A DNA stretch of 64,000 nucleotides from Camelus ferus (GCF_009834535.1 NC_045708.1:31620001-31684000), one strand, 5' to 3'. Positions 21,033 to 61,260 are shown, numbered from the stretch's first letter. The notes: a model not told the origin generated them from the sequence alone. Made by a program: numbers and translations.

Positions 21033-24000
21033 GTGAGCCTGCAGGGTGGGGCTCACCTCCAGGGTTGGGCAGAGGATGGGGGACTGGAGTCTTGCTCAGG
21101 GTGGGGTGGGGGTGCCAAGGGTCCAGGTGTGTTGGAAGAGGGCTATTTCAGGGGCTCACTTGCCCACCCCAGGCAGAGGGAGAGGGCTTGGCGTCCCTGG
21201 GTTCTGATGAAGTCCTAATCCCCTGTAGTGGGCCGACTGCTGATTGAGTTCACCTCACCCATGCCACTGGAGCGGGTGCAGAGGGAGAACCCTGGCGTGC
21301 TCCTGGGTGGCCGCTACACACCGCCCGACTGCACACCTGCCCAGACCGTGGCGGTCATCATCCCCTTTCGACACCGGGAGCACCACCTACGCTACTGGCT
21401 CCACTACCTGCACCCCATCCTCAGGCGACAGCGGCTGCACTACGGCATCTACGTCATCAACCAGGTGTGCTGCCTGTGGCCCCCAGGCTGGCCCCTAGCC
21501 ACCAGGGAACCTGCGCGCCCCTGTGGGTGCAGGGCCCACATGCCTGTTGGTGCATCCATGGGGTCAGGGGCATTTGTGGGTGCTTATCTGCCTGTGTTCA
21601 TGTAGACATGTGAATGTACTTGTGGGGGTACGTGTCGGTCAGGGCGTGTGGAGGCAGGTTTGCTTGTGCATTAAGGGAAGTACATCTGTGTGAATGTTGG
21701 TGTGCACACTGCCAGGTGTGTGTGTAGCCTCAGTGGAGATGGGAGCCATTGTCCACCCTTGGTAAGCTCCACCCCATGGTGGTAGCGGCTTTGGGTGTGC
21801 TGGCTATGGGATGTTGAGGGCCTGAGTAGAGGGAGAGTTAGACCCTGAAAGAGGGATCAAGTCTGCCTTAGGCCCAAGTGCAGAGCAGAGCTGAGGTCCA
21901 GGAATTCAGCTTGGCCTCTGAGCCCTGCCACGGGCCTGGCTGGGGCTGGCTGCCGGGGCCTGGAAAGGATCTAAGACAGGCCCTCCTCCCCACAGAGAAT
22001 TCCCAGACTTGAACTTGGATCCCTTGAGACTCCAGAATGATAATGTGTGACTGGAGTTGGAGCAGGTGGCTGTGGGGCCACCAAGGGGCCTGGGCCAGCC
22101 CTGGGGTGGGGAAGTATTGATTGAGAAGGGTCTTGAGGGATGAACAGGCATCAGCCGGTGGAGTGACTTGGGGGGGCAAGCATTACCAGCAGAGGGACCT
22201 GGAGACCCCAAGCCCAACAAGAGAACTGGGCTTATGTGTTGGGGAACTGTTGGCTGAGGGGTGGGGTCCAATATGTAAGGTGGGTAGCAGAGGTGAGGTT
22301 GGAGTTGCCGGTGGAGACAAAATCCAGAAAGGTCTTAGGAGGCATCTTAAACAGCTGAATTCTAGCCTGAAAGTGGTGTTTCCAGCCTAAAAGTCATGGG
22401 GCACCATTGTAAGGTTTTAAGGAGAAAATGATGTGTACGTTTACTTACTAGACAGATTGCATGTGGGGAATGGGATGGAAGGGGAGCCTCAAGGAAGGGG
22501 GTCCAGTTGGGAAGAGGCTGCGATCGATGTTCAGGAAAGAAATGGTGAACACGAGCTGGGCAGTAGTCATGCGGGTAAGGGGAGCGATTTATGCAAATAG
22601 TGGAGAGTAAGGGAAAGAGACGTGGGACACCTCGCGGGGTTCCATCCTGACTGTTCTGTGTGTGGATGGCTGCGCCTGTGAGCGGGATGGGAACACAGGA
22701 TCAGGCCGGGTCTCGGGGAGAGTGAGACTGAATTTTTTTTCCCATGTGATGAATTTAAGTGCCCAGGGGAAGTATCACAGGAAGGTTTAGCAGGCAGTCG
22801 GACAAGTGAGTCAACCTCAGAGTGAGGTCTAAGGTGGAGAGAAGGATCTGGGAGCCATGAGTATGTAGATGGTCCCCAAACCAGCAATGTCCGACCTGCC
22901 CTGGGGGCCTGGGAGCTGAGAGGAGAAAGCCAGCACAAGGGACCGGGGTGGGGATGGGGGGTGCAGGGAGAGACTGCTGTAGAGTCTGCGAAGGTTGGCC
23001 AGAAAGGTTCGAGGAGACCTGAGGGAGCATGGTGTCCCAGAAGCCCAGGAATAAGTGTTGAGAAGGAAGCGTAGCAGCTGCGTGAGCGCTGCCTGGGGGA
23101 GGAAGGAAGGATGTGGACCCAGAAGCGTCCAGTGGATTTAGCAACAAGGTGGGCCCAGCGAGAGCCATTTCAGGGGCATGGTGGGGGCGGGAGCAGATTG
23201 CAGTGGGTTGCAGAAGGAATCAGATTTGACAAAATGGAAGTAGCCAATTGGAGACAACTCTATTAAAAAAAAAAAAAAAAACCCTCTGTGGAGAAGGGAA
23301 GGCAAAAGGTAGGGCCATGCTAGAGGGAGGGTTTTCTTGGGATGGAAGAGACTTGAGCATGTTTATAGGCCCTGTGGGAGGGTTCCTGGGTGGTGAGAGA
23401 GGTTAAGGAATGCTGATGAGCTGGGGAGAATGGACAGTTATTCCAAGGGCTGGTGCAAGAGAAGGTTCAGGGGAAGGAGGAGAGAGAGAAGGTGAAGCTG
23501 AGCCCTTCAGGGTCCAGGGTAGCAGCACCCCCTCGCACCCAGGCTGGCTGGTGGAGAGCAGGAGCTACCATTCCTCCTCTCCTTCCAGTAGGTCCCACTT
23601 GAAGACCCCCCTCACCAGGAGCCTCTCTGGTTCTAGCCTGGAGATCATGGGTTGGGGCTGGGGGCTCAGGGGCCAGCTCCTTCCATGGAAAACTCCTTGC
23701 ACTGGAGGCCAGCCTCAAGGAGACCTGGCCCTGCAGCCCCATTTCCAGGGGACTCCAAAATCACCATGCTTGTCATCTTTTGGGGGAGATGAATGAAGCC
23801 CGGTCCTGTCCTGGTCTCAGAGGCTGCCCAGGGGGTTGGATGTGGATCCACGTGAGCCGGAGTGACAGGTGGCCAGGGTTTAGTGGCTCAGTCCCCATGG
23901 TCTCTGGATTTTAGACGCTGGTCACTTGGGGGCATGCTTTTTTCATCTCACTTAGGGATGGTGCTCAGGGCCACTCACCTCTAGGATCCTCACTGGCACG

Positions 24001-27000
24001 AAGAAGATGCCTGGCACCAAGGACAGGGCCTCAGGGCATGTTTGAATGAATGAATGAAACAGGAGTTCTAAGTTATAAGAGTCTGAATGGACCCTGGTAT
24101 AACTGAAGCCCATAGGAGAGAATGAGTATTTATACTGGGGTAGGGAGGTATGGTCAGGGAGGCCTTTCCAGACATGAGTTGGACAAGCAGAGAAAGAGCA
24201 TTCCAGGCGGAGGGAACTGCTGACACCAAGGCCTGGAGGCAAGAAAGAGTCTGGCGTGCCCTGGGGTTGCAGAGGAATGTAGTATAGCAGGGCCTTGGGG
24301 TCTGAGGGCAGTGGCCAGAGAGGAGACAGGAGCCAAATCATGAAAAGCTGGGGAAGGCCAGGTCCAGGATGAGGAGCTGGACTTGATCCCAAGAGTCTGG
24401 AGGAGCGATGATGGGGTGGATGGGATAGTGCTAGGCCCCAGGGACTGCTCTAGACAGTGGTAAAGTGGCAGGTGCCTGCCAGTCTCAGGCCTAGAGCTGA
24501 CCTGTCCCCTCCACCAACCCCAGCACGGTGAGGACACCTTCAACCGGGCCAAGCTGCTCAATGTGGGTTTCCTAGAGGCACTGAAGGAGGATGCCACCTA
24601 CGACTGCTTCATCTTCAGTGACGTGGACCTGGTCCCCATGGATGACCGCAACCTGTACCGCTGTGGCGATCAGCCTCGCCACTTCGCCGTTGCCATGGAC
24701 AAGTTCGGCTTCCGGTGAGGGCTCCCTTCTTGGCTGGACTCAGGCCTCCCCGCCTCACCGTCCCGCTGCCTCCACCCCACCTGGCTGGGAGCCAGGGCCT
24801 CCCTTGCTGCTGGGACCCCCTGTCTCTGGACCTCCATCCCTCCTGGATTCACCTCAGGCCCCTCACTGACGCCTGACTTCTGTGCCCCAGGCTGCCCTAC
24901 GCTGGCTACTTTGGAGGCGTGTCAGGCCTGAGTAAAGCCCAGTTCCTGAGAATCAACGGCTTCCCCAACGAGTACTGGGGCTGGGGTGGTGAGGATGACG
25001 ACATCTTCAACCGGTGAGCAGGGACGGGCTGGGGCCTAGACTGGGTGTGCGAGAGTGGGTGGCGTAGACTGGGTGGGGCCCTTTGCCCTTCCTGGTGCCT
25101 GCTCAGCCCATCTGTCCCCGTCCCCAGGATCTCCCTGACTGGGATGAAGATCTCGCGCCCAGACATCCGCATAGGCCGCTACCGCATGATCAAGCACGAC
25201 CGGGACAAGCATAACGAGCCCAACCCTCAGAGGTGACCCCCAGCGCCCCTGACCCCAACCCACCCTTACTGCATAGAGGTGATGCCCTAGTGCCACTGAC
25301 CCCCTGAGGTGATCCCAAGGCCCCTGACCCTTGACTCCTAGAGATGACTCCCGGCGCCCCGATCCCTGTTCCCCAGTCCCCAGCTCAGCCTCACCCCAGC
25401 CGACTCTCTCCCCTGGCCTGACTCCTAAAAAGAACTAAAATTTAAGGGCAGGGCTTAAATCATCATTGAGTAGATTGCATTCCTCTCGGTGCCCCCACAG
25501 ACCTCACTTGTGCCAGAGCAGATAGGATGAGAGACTGTGGGCACTGGGCACAATTCCTGGGCCTGGGGACCCAACAAAGGTGGCTTGGGCAGTATGGGGC
25601 AGGAATGGAAAGACATTGCTGAGCCGTCTGAGATTGGAGTAGGCGGTTCCTTTCTGAGGAGGAAGCAACACTGGGTGTCTGGTGCCGGCTGGGAGAATGC
25701 CTGGGAGGGCACGTGACATTAGATGGGGTGAGGGGGCCCAGAGCAGTCATACCCAATCTCTGTTGGATAGCCCACATGAAGTTCATTCTAAGGAGGAAGG
25801 CAGGCTGCTACAGCACAAGGTGATCAGGGCAAGGTGCTGTCCTGACAAAAGGGAGTGATGGTGGGAGGCTTCCTGGAGGAGGTGATGGTCAATGGGGGTT
25901 TGAAAAGAGTTATTTATTCTGCAGATATTTGTCATACACCTACCTTGGGCACAGTGCTATATTCACCAGGCTGATGGGGGAGGCCAGTTTGGATAAAAGG
26001 AATAGTGTGTGTGGGAGTCTGGAATGTAAACGTCCATTGTATGTGCTGAGAGTCTGAAACTCTTTGGTATTACAGTCTGAAGGCTGGGAGGGATGGGAGA
26101 AGGGTCCATACTGATCCCAGACTGGGAGTTTCACTTTTGTCCAGGGGTGCTGAGGAGTCATGGGAGGGCTTTCAGTGGGGAAGGGGCATGATAATGAGAT
26201 TTGCATTTAGAAGGATCACTCTTTGAGTTTGAAGAAGGTGAAGGGCTGGCAGGGCTGCTGGGTGGACCAGGAGGAAGCAGATTGAGCCCGAAGGAATCGA
26301 TGGAGCCCAGGGGGTATGCTGGCTATGAGGCTGCTGTGCCTCCACTGGAACAGGAGGGATGTTCTGCTCTGGAGCCAGGGCGTAAGAGTGTGGAGGGAGG
26401 CAGTAGCACTATGGGAGGTTGATATTTGGCAGAAGCAGGAAGCACCTGGTGTCCAGGGAGTTGATGAAAAAGCAGTTCGGATGAAAACTGTGGTGAGCAT
26501 GGCAGGGTCGACAGGCTGGGATAAGAGGGGCTTCAGGGCATCTGAGGGGGAGAGCTCAGTGTTGGTCTGGCTCTGGAGAGGGATCTGAACTCAGCTCAGA
26601 AGGACTGGGAGGATCAAAACGGTTGGGATGAGGGTGGGAGTGGAGCTCTGGAAGCACATGCCGGGAGCCATGCTCCCGTTTCGGGAATAGGGCGTCTAGG
26701 TGCCATCCTCAGTGATGTCTGCTTTTGCCTGGGGAAGTGGCAAGCTAGCAAGATGTCTCTGGCTTAAGGAACTCTGTGGATGCTGGTTTCATCTACCTAG
26801 TTGCTTTTGCCTCAAATCTAGGAGTTCTCCTGGGTTCTTCTTTCCCTCACTGTGTATGTCCACACCATCAGCAGCTCAATCAGTGCCACTCCCCAAACAT
26901 ATATGAGCTTGTCCGCTTGTCCCTTTTCTTCTGCCCTAGTGCAGCCTCTGTCATCTTGCCCGGCTGGTTTCCCATCTTCCCTCTTCAGTAGTTCATGTTC

Positions 27001-27949
27001 TCTGTCCCTCCCTTCTCCCAAACTGGGCTAAAAATCCTTCAGTGTCTTCTCACTCACAGAATAAAAAAACTGCGTCCTCTGACTTACAGAGGCCTGTCCA
27101 TATACGCTCTAACCACCAAGCTAATCTTAATCTGTTTTTCGCCTTGGCCCATTAAGCTCTGGCCACTCAGCTGTGCAAATTCTCATTTCCAGTTTAGGGT
27201 CAGCATATACTGTTACCTCTGCCTGGAATGCTCTTCCCCTGCTGTCAGCTTGATTGTCCCATACTTACCCCTTCCATGGCAATCACTTCTCCTGTCTTCT
27301 TTAGCACTCCGATGTGTTCCTTGTGTGTTACCTGTCCATTACCACTGTTTCTTAGTGGAACAGTCTTGCCGTGAGAGGAAAGACTTTGCTGTCCTGTTCA
27401 TGGCTGTGTCCCTGGTGCTTAGAGTAGGCTGACACATAAATAGATGGTGACGGGGTGACTGAAGGATGAGGAACAGAGAAGGTGGCACAGAGAGTAAAGA
27501 TAATGCATCTGATAAAGACATGTTGCATTTGAGGTGCTGGTAGAGTGCCCCATGTCTGGATCTGAGATGAGAGAAAGATTGGTGAGGGTGTCATGATTCT
27601 GGACTCAAGGGGGTGAGCTCTTTGTTGTGAGGGTAGATACAAGACCCAAAGGGCTCCAGGCAGGTGGAGGGTGGAGAGGGTGGCAAGGAGAACCAAGTCA
27701 CCCCTGGAAGAAGCCAGGATGGCATGAGCCTTGGCCGCAGTGATCTCTATTGGGTTTGATGGTGAGCCCTGATCTGGATCCACTTCCATCCTATCTAGGT
27801 TTACCAAGATTCAGAACACGAAGCTGACCATGAAGCGGGACGGCATTGGGTCAGTGCGGTACCAGGTTTTGGAGGTGTCTCGGCAACCGCTCTTCACCAA
27901 TATCACAGTGGACATTGGGCGGCCACCATCATGGCCCCCTCGGGGCTGA
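20729..27949 (+). CDS. B4GALT2: Beta-1,4-galactosyltransferase 2 (369 aa), 6 coding exons
   Basis: join(20729-21032,21229-21464,24524-24714,24891-25013,25128-25232,27799-27949) = 1110 nt. Type II TM anchor (VLLLCLLHFLVAVILYF), GT7 motifs VAVIIPFR, FNRAKLLNVG, FSDVD (DxD), YWGWGGEDDD; ends DIGRPPSWPPRG*. Confidence 0.97.
21229..21464 (+). CDS. B4GALT2: B4GALT2 coding exon 2 (236 nt)
   Basis: ctgtag|TGGGCC...AACCAG|gtgtgc; GRLLIEFTSP...YVINQ. Confidence 0.95.
22130..23420 (-). mobile_element. L2 LINE remnant in B4GALT2 intron
   Basis: Purine-rich reverse-L2 blocks (GGCACCATTGTAAGGTTTTAAGG; GAGCCATTTCAGGGGCATGGTGGGGGCGGGAGCAGATTGCAGTGGG); approximate. Confidence 0.55.
24010..24470. mobile_element. 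L2/MIR fragments
   Basis: GCCTGGCAC...TTTGAATGAATGAATGAA tail, then reverse-L2 GAGCATTCCAGGCGGAGGGAAC...AAGGCCTGGAGG. Confidence 0.55.
24524..24714 (+). CDS. B4GALT2: B4GALT2 coding exon 3 (191 nt)
   Basis: ccccag|CACGGT...TTCCG|gtgagg; HGEDTFNRAKLLNVG...FSDVD...MDKFGF. Confidence 0.95.
24891..25013 (+). CDS. B4GALT2: B4GALT2 coding exon 4 (123 nt)
   Basis: ccccag|GCTGCC...AACCG|gtgagc; LPYAGYFGG...WGWGGEDDDIFN. Confidence 0.95.
25128..25232 (+). CDS. B4GALT2: B4GALT2 coding exon 5 (105 nt)
   Basis: ccccag|GATCTC...CAGAG|gtgacc; ISLTGMKISRPDIRIGRYRMIKHDRDKHNEPNPQ. Confidence 0.95.
25229..25366 (+). repeat. Four degenerate ~28-bp units copying the B4GALT2 exon 3' end and donor
   Basis: Units at 25229 (AGAGGTGACCCCCAGCGCCCCTGACCCC), 25275 (AGAGGTGATGCCCTAGTGCCACTGACCCC), 25305 (TGAGGTGATCCCAAGGCCCCTGACCC), 25340 (AGAGATGACTCCCGGCGCCCCGATCCC). 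Confidence 0.7.
25830..27780. mobile_element. Patchwork of L2 fragments (both orientations) in the last B4GALT2 intron
   Basis: GGGAGGCTTCCTGGAGGAGGTGA; GCATGATAATGAGATTTGCATTTAGAAGGATCACTCT; CCTGGAATGCTCTTCCCC; approximate. Confidence 0.5.
27799..27949 (+). CDS. B4GALT2: B4GALT2 last coding exon (151 nt to stop)
   Basis: atctag|GTTTAC...GGCTGA; FTKIQNTKLTMKRDG...PPRG*. Confidence 0.95.
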
Positions 27950-28650
27950 CGCTAATGGACAAAGGCTTCCAGTGCCAAGGATTGCCTGCCAGAGGACTGA
28001 CCTACAGCCTGGCTGGCGGCTGCCCTGTGGGGGATCCCCCAGGACTGAGACTGTGGGCTCTGTTTTCTGAGGGTCTTTAGGAGGCCCCCAGCTGCACCTG
28101 GAAGTTTCAGAACCTACTTTGGGGGGCTTCCATCCTGGGCAAGCCCCTCAAGTGTGGCCCTCTATGGGGTCAACCCTTCTTCCTGCTCCTCCCTCCCCAG
28201 TCCAGCCCCACCTCACTGTCAGGGTTGGGCCAGCCCCTGCACTGCCTCACCGAGTGGCCTGGGCCAGGTCACTCCACCTCTCTGTGCCTCAGTTTCCCCC
28301 CCTTGAGTCCCCTAGGGCCTGGTAGAGTGGGAGGTATGACTAGGGGCAATGTTGCTTCCAGGGGGAATTCTCAGACCTGGGGANNNNNNNNNNNNNNNNN
28401 NNNNNNNNNNNNNNNNNNNNNNNNNNNNNNNNNNNNNNNNNNNNNNNNNNNNNNNNNNNNNNNNNNNNNNNNNNNNNNNNNNNNNNNNNNNNNNNNNNNN
28501 NNNNNNNNNNNNNNNNNNNNNNNNNNNNNTGGGGGCGGGTGGGGCTTGGATCAGTCAATCTGGTTCCCGCCTCCCCCTCTCAGAGAGAAGGCAGCAGCCC
28601 CAGGGCCGGCTCGTGTATGTACATTGCACAGAAACTTGTGTGGGTGCTTT

Positions 28651-28656
28651 AGTAAA
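28651..28656 (+). terminator. Candidate B4GALT2 poly(A) signal (variant AGTAAA); canonical AATAAA alternative at 28883-28888
   Basis: AGTAAA followed by TGTCTGTTGTTG downstream; part of the 3' UTR is hidden by N. Confidence 0.55.
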
Positions 28657-28949
28657 AAACGTGAATGGAGCAGCCCCTTGTCTGTTGTTGATGGGATCTG
28701 GATCCCTAAACCCAGGCTCAGAGTGTGTTGTAGGAGAGCGCCTGGCCCTACCTATGGGTCTGCCCCGGACTGTTCTAGTTCCCCAGGCCTCTTCAAGCGC
28801 AGCCTTTCGCTAGACTTCCGCGGGCTGGACCGCGGAAAAGTTTACCCTGCCGCTGCCTCCGGGCCAGAAGAGGCAGGGAAGTAATAAACCTAGTGGACTC
28901 AGATTTCATGGTTCTTTCACCTGCCCTGAAGCCGAAAAGTGCTTGGGGT

Positions 28950-32679
<3,730 letters not shown>

Positions 32680-32981
32680 AGGGTCAGTCAGGAAAGAGGC
32701 TTCAGCTTCTGCTGGCATTCGCCCCATCTGCTGCTGCCACCTCTCAGCTGCTGTGAGCCAGCCCACTTCAGATCTGGTCTTGGATCAGCCCTCAGCAGGA
32801 TCCCGAGGCTGTCTGTCACCCCGCCCCCTCACCAGGTCTGACCATCATAGCCTTTGGCCTGTCTCCTCCCAGGCATCCCTCAAAGGCCTGGTGGGAAGAG
32901 GTCTCATCTCAGCCCTGACTCTTATTCCCCTGGGGGAACCCAGATAAAGCACAGCAGCTGCTCAGAGACAGGAATAGAAAT

Positions 32982-32990
32982 TTCATTAAA
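32982..32990. terminator. Overlapping poly(A) signals: ATTAAA (+, CCDC24, 32985-32990) and variant AATGAA (-, SLC6A9, 32982-32987)
   Basis: Sequence TTCATTAAA lies between the two convergent stops (32679 and 34034); I saw no canonical AATAAA on the minus strand in this interval. Confidence 0.55.
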
Positions 32991-34033
32991 ATCTATGGAC
33001 TTTAAAATCCTAGTGGTGCACGGATGGGCAAGGTGGGCGGCGCACCGTTATTGCTACAGAGGATTAGAGGTGGCTCTTCTGGGGCTGTCACAGCACAGAG
33101 GGGCACAGAGGACAGACAGACACTGCAGGGCTTGGGGGAAGGAGCTCTGGCTCCAGAGAGGAGGTGGGGCACATGGGCTGGGGCCATTTGGCACATTAAC
33201 AAGGGCAGCCCAGTTTGGAAAGACTGGGCCTTTAGCCTGGTGGAGTGAGGGCAAGGGGGTGTCAGGTAGGGTCCCCTTCCCCAGGGCTCCAGGCTCCAAC
33301 CTCCTGCTGAGCATCACCCACCCCTACCCCCCAGGAATGAGTGCTTTGGGCAGGCTGTGGGGTCATGGGCCTCTGCTGGCTGGCAGGAGATGCAGAAAGC
33401 CCAGAGCAGCCGAGTGAGGTGCAGGCAGGCCCGGAAGACGGATGGGGCCTGAGGCCAGGGGCAAGGGGTGGCAACCACAGATAAGACAGTTTTTACAAAA
33501 ATAATTACACAGACAAATGGCTGGGCAGCACAGACTGACACGTAACACTGCACAGCCCCCTGGCCCCTTACCCTGCCCCCAGGAAGGAAGATCCAAATTG
33601 GCCTGGGTAGAGGCGGGGGTCTGCTCTGAGGGCAGGAACACTGGTCAGGAGGCTGAAGGCTCAAGGAAAGGGACAGGTAGGGGGCCCACCCAGAACCTCA
33701 GCTCAGGGCAAAATGTGAGGGCATCGGAGGCCACGTAAAGCCCCACAGGTCTCTGGGGACCTGGCCTGAGATTTCCCCCCCTTCAAAGTGCTTTGGGCTC
33801 CCCCCAGCAACCCTCCCATTGCCCACACCCCCCAGCTGCCATCTTGGCATCCAAGGACCTGTAAACACTAGGGACACGAGCACGAATGACCGCGCTAGCA
33901 GTGGTGGCCAAGGTGACAGGAACCACCCTGGCCAGGGCATTGTGGGGGCAGGCGGTGACACTTGTCCACTGCCTCCCCAGTCTCTGTGGTGGTAGCACAG
34001 GGCGGGGGTAGGGCACTCCCCCGGCAGCTGTGC

Positions 34034-57844
<23,811 letters not shown>

Positions 57845-58519
57845 GGCGGCGGTGGGCTGGGGGCTCTGGGGTCCCAGACCACACTCACAGGCTCAGCTTC
57901 TAGCACCTTTCAGAGCTCGGGCCTCAAGAACTGTGGAGAGAGTAGAGTGAGGTGAGGACCTGTCCCAGGAAGGCCAGGACGTGTGGCCCTGAGGGCTCTC
58001 CAGAACAGACAGTACAGGGCCCGGATCATCAGCTTGCAGTCCCTCTTTCCCTCCTGCCCTGGCCCCCCTCCACCAGGCTATTTCCCATCTTGCTCCTTTC
58101 CAGATGACCCTCCATCCAGCCCCCACCTCACTCTTCTTCCAACCTTTCCCCTGGATCCCTTGGTCTCCAGGCTTCCTGTCCCAATGGGCAAAGGTCTATT
58201 TTTGACTCTCCAGATGCCCAATTCTATAAAAGATAAAAAATGAACACAGAACTGGGACAGGGTCCAATTCCTTCATCGTCTCTATGAATGGCTTCAACCT
58301 TTCCCCTGAGAGGGAGTCAGCTTGGATCAGCACAACCTCCTCAACCTCACCCTAGCCAGGCAGCCAGGATGCTCCTTCCCTATCCTGGTGCCACGCAGCT
58401 CGGGCTCCAGGGCAGCTGGGTTTTGTTATGTCACTAACTTGGACCAGAAGCTCTAGGCACACCAAACACAGCGTGTGTGGGCATGCCTCCCTACCCCTGC
58501 TTGGGCTGGCCCCTGCCTA

Positions 58520-58832
58520 GCACCTTCGCTCCTATTCGCCAGGTGAAATTCTACAAATCCTTTAGGACCCTGCTTAAGTATCACTTCTCCTCTGTAGCTT
58601 TTCCTGACACTCCTCTGACCTCAGCCCAGAATGAACAAATTTTTTCCTCCTTTCTGTGGTGTGCAGACTTCTACCAGTGTCCCTATCAACTCATATTAGA
58701 CATATTTGCTTATAAGTCTGTCAACCACAGGTTGGCCAATCCTGAAGGGCTGGATGTGTTTCATTTACTCCTCTGCGCCCAGCACCTAGGGCAGCACTCA
58801 TCTTGCAGGAAATGTTGGTGGAACTGAGTTGA
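58520..58832 (+). mobile_element. L2 3' end
   Basis: CTGCTTAAGTATCACTTCTCCTCTGTAGCTTTTCCTGAC...CCCAGCACCTAG...AAATGTTGGTGGAACTGA. Confidence 0.6.
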
Positions 58833-60044
58833 ACGGAAATAAACCGGTAAGGAGGAAACCTTGAAATGAGGGTCTGAGTCAGCTGGAGTCTTGTAGGAAG
58901 CCTCTGAGAGGCAATGTGGGGCTGGGGACAGATGGGAGGCTTGGCCATGTGGCATGCAGCTGTATGCAGGTTTAATGCCAGCCACAGATGGAAGAGGGGG
59001 GAATTTTTGACAGGTCACAGGAGAGGAAACAACCTTGGGGGAGCCTCAAAGAATTCCTCCCCAGGAGGAAAACACGGGGTCAGATGGACAAGGACATTCA
59101 ACTTCCACAGAGCCTGGTCCCAGGAAGATCCGGCTCAGCCTCTGGGATCTTCTCTGGGTCCTCCCAGGGAGCAGACTCTACTCCCAAGGCTGTTTGGTGC
59201 CACTCTGCCCAACTTGCGTCCACCTCAAGGGCCATGTCTCACTCACAGGCCCAGGAAGTCATCGGAAGGCTAGAAAAGAGGAAGAAGCTATTTTTTGCCT
59301 ATACAAACCAGCCCTGGGCTACCTGAGGCTTCTGCCCTGGCCACCAGTGTTCTGTACAACCTTCTCCTCAGGGCAGGGCCAAGTGGGGACGTGACTTGTG
59401 ACCATTTCCCTTTGGTTAGTCACCCAGGCTGGCCTTCCTGCCTCTCAGTGTGGTGTCCCTAAAGAGGTCCCTGCTCATGGCTTTGGTCTCCTAGAGGCAG
59501 CCAGGATAAGAGGGGTTATGCTCCCCTAGAAGATCATACCCTTGTCCACCTCACTCACAGCACCCCTCCCTCTGAGCTGTAAACTGTAGATTTGACGTTC
59601 TCAAAGCTATCTCTCTTCGACCAACAAATAATCACGACAATGATGACAGTAATGACAACAGATGGCATTATTAAGAGTCACCTCATGGGTTGTGAATATG
59701 CCCTCTGGTCAGGTGAGTAAACTGAGGATACTCTGTCTTGGAACTTCGGGTACAGGGTGCTATCTCTGAGCACTGCAAATACAGTCCTTGTGGGCAGGGT
59801 GCTTACAGATTAGTGGAAAAAAGACGGCTTTATGGTCATTTCCAGGACAGCAAGTTGGATGTAAAGCACCTGCTTTTTCTCCTGCCTCTGTCATTTCTGT
59901 TAAATGGCCCCATCCATCCATTCAAAAAGTACCACCTGATCACCAGGCCCTCTCCTAGGGGTTGGGCATCCACATTTCTCAGGCACCAGACCTGCCCCTA
60001 ACCTAGAATGGGCCACCATTGACCAGCAGTGGGTCAGAGTCAGT

Positions 60045-60195
60045 TTAGCATGTGATAAAGAGTTTGGGCTCTGGACCTGGCTCTGCCACTCACTAGGTAT
60101 GTGAATTCAAGCAATTTACTTAACCTCTCCGAGCCTCAGTTTTCTCAGTCTGGAAGGTGGGTCTAATCCTACTTCCTTTGTATGTTCTGCTGAAG
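60045..60195 (+). mobile_element. MIR SINE
   Basis: CTCTGCCACTCACTAGGTATGTGA...TTACTTAACCTCTCCGAGCCTCAGTTTTCTCAGTCTG. Confidence 0.75.
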
Positions 60196-60364
60196 TTGGA
60201 AGTTTCTGCTTCATTTTTGACTCCACTACACGTCCTCCACTTTTTCCTTCCCTCCAATCCATTAATCTTCCCCCAACTCCTAAAGCCCCAGTTCTCTCCA
60301 GGAGTTCTCCACAGCCAACAGGATATGGCCTAAATTGTTCAGCAGGCATTTGGGGGTGGCCACA

Positions 60365-61260
60365 ATTCAATTCATCTATTCCCCAAATATTTATTTTAGG
60401 CTTGCTCTGGGTCAGACCTGTGCTGGGCATCAAAAATGCCTCAGTCTCTGCCCTGCTGCAGCTTACAGGCTGGGGGAACAAATGAAACTGGTGACTCAAA
60501 TGTGTATCAGTAAAGCCTTCGATAAAGGGTGTGAAAGTGAAAGAGTCTTTTTACACCAAGGGAACTTGGCCTTGTCTAAGAGTTACCGAGGACTTTCCTG
60601 AGGAAGTGATGTTTAAGAGTCAGAGGGAGTTAATTAGGCAATAGTGAGGAAGAGAAGAGGAAGAGAGATTCAAACAAATGAAATAATATGTGGAAAGACC
60701 ATTGGGCTGGGGCTCAGGTAGCCAGGGAGAAAGCAAGCCAAAGATGAAGGTGGACAGATAAGCAGCGTCAGGGTCTTCAGGGCCTCAGTTTTGGTCTTTA
60801 TCCTGAGGGCAATGGCAGCTACTGAAGTCTTTAAAGCAGAGTTGTAGCTGTGAGGAGGAGTAGTTGATGGAGCATGCACTTTGAAAACATCACCCTAGAT
60901 TAGTGCGGAGAAAGGACTGGAGGGAGGCGGTGGTGGAAGAGAGGATATCAGTTAGGAATAGGCCAGGCCAGAGATGAGGGGACTTGGATCAGGAAGGTGG
61001 CAATGGGGTGGAGAGAGATGCACAAATTTGAGAAAAATATAGAAAGTAACTTTGGCAGGACTTGGAGATGAATTGGACTTGGGGGCTGAGGGGTAAGGTG
61101 GGGTCTCTGGTTTCTGGAGGTGTAATAGGAAGAAGCCAGTGCCAGTGTGAGACAGGAATGCTGGAGAGGCTGCAGGTTTGGAATGGGGAGAAGATCAGCA
61201 GGACTGAGTGAGCTGCGTTTGAGTTGTCTGTGAGCCACCAAAGGGTGATGCTAAGGGGGT
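60365..61260 (-). mobile_element. L2 LINE remnant
   Basis: ATTCATCTATTCCCCAAATATTTATT (reverse tail); GGACTTTCCTGAGGAAGTGATGTTTAAG; TTTATCCTGAGGGCAATGGCAGCTACTGAAG. Confidence 0.7.
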
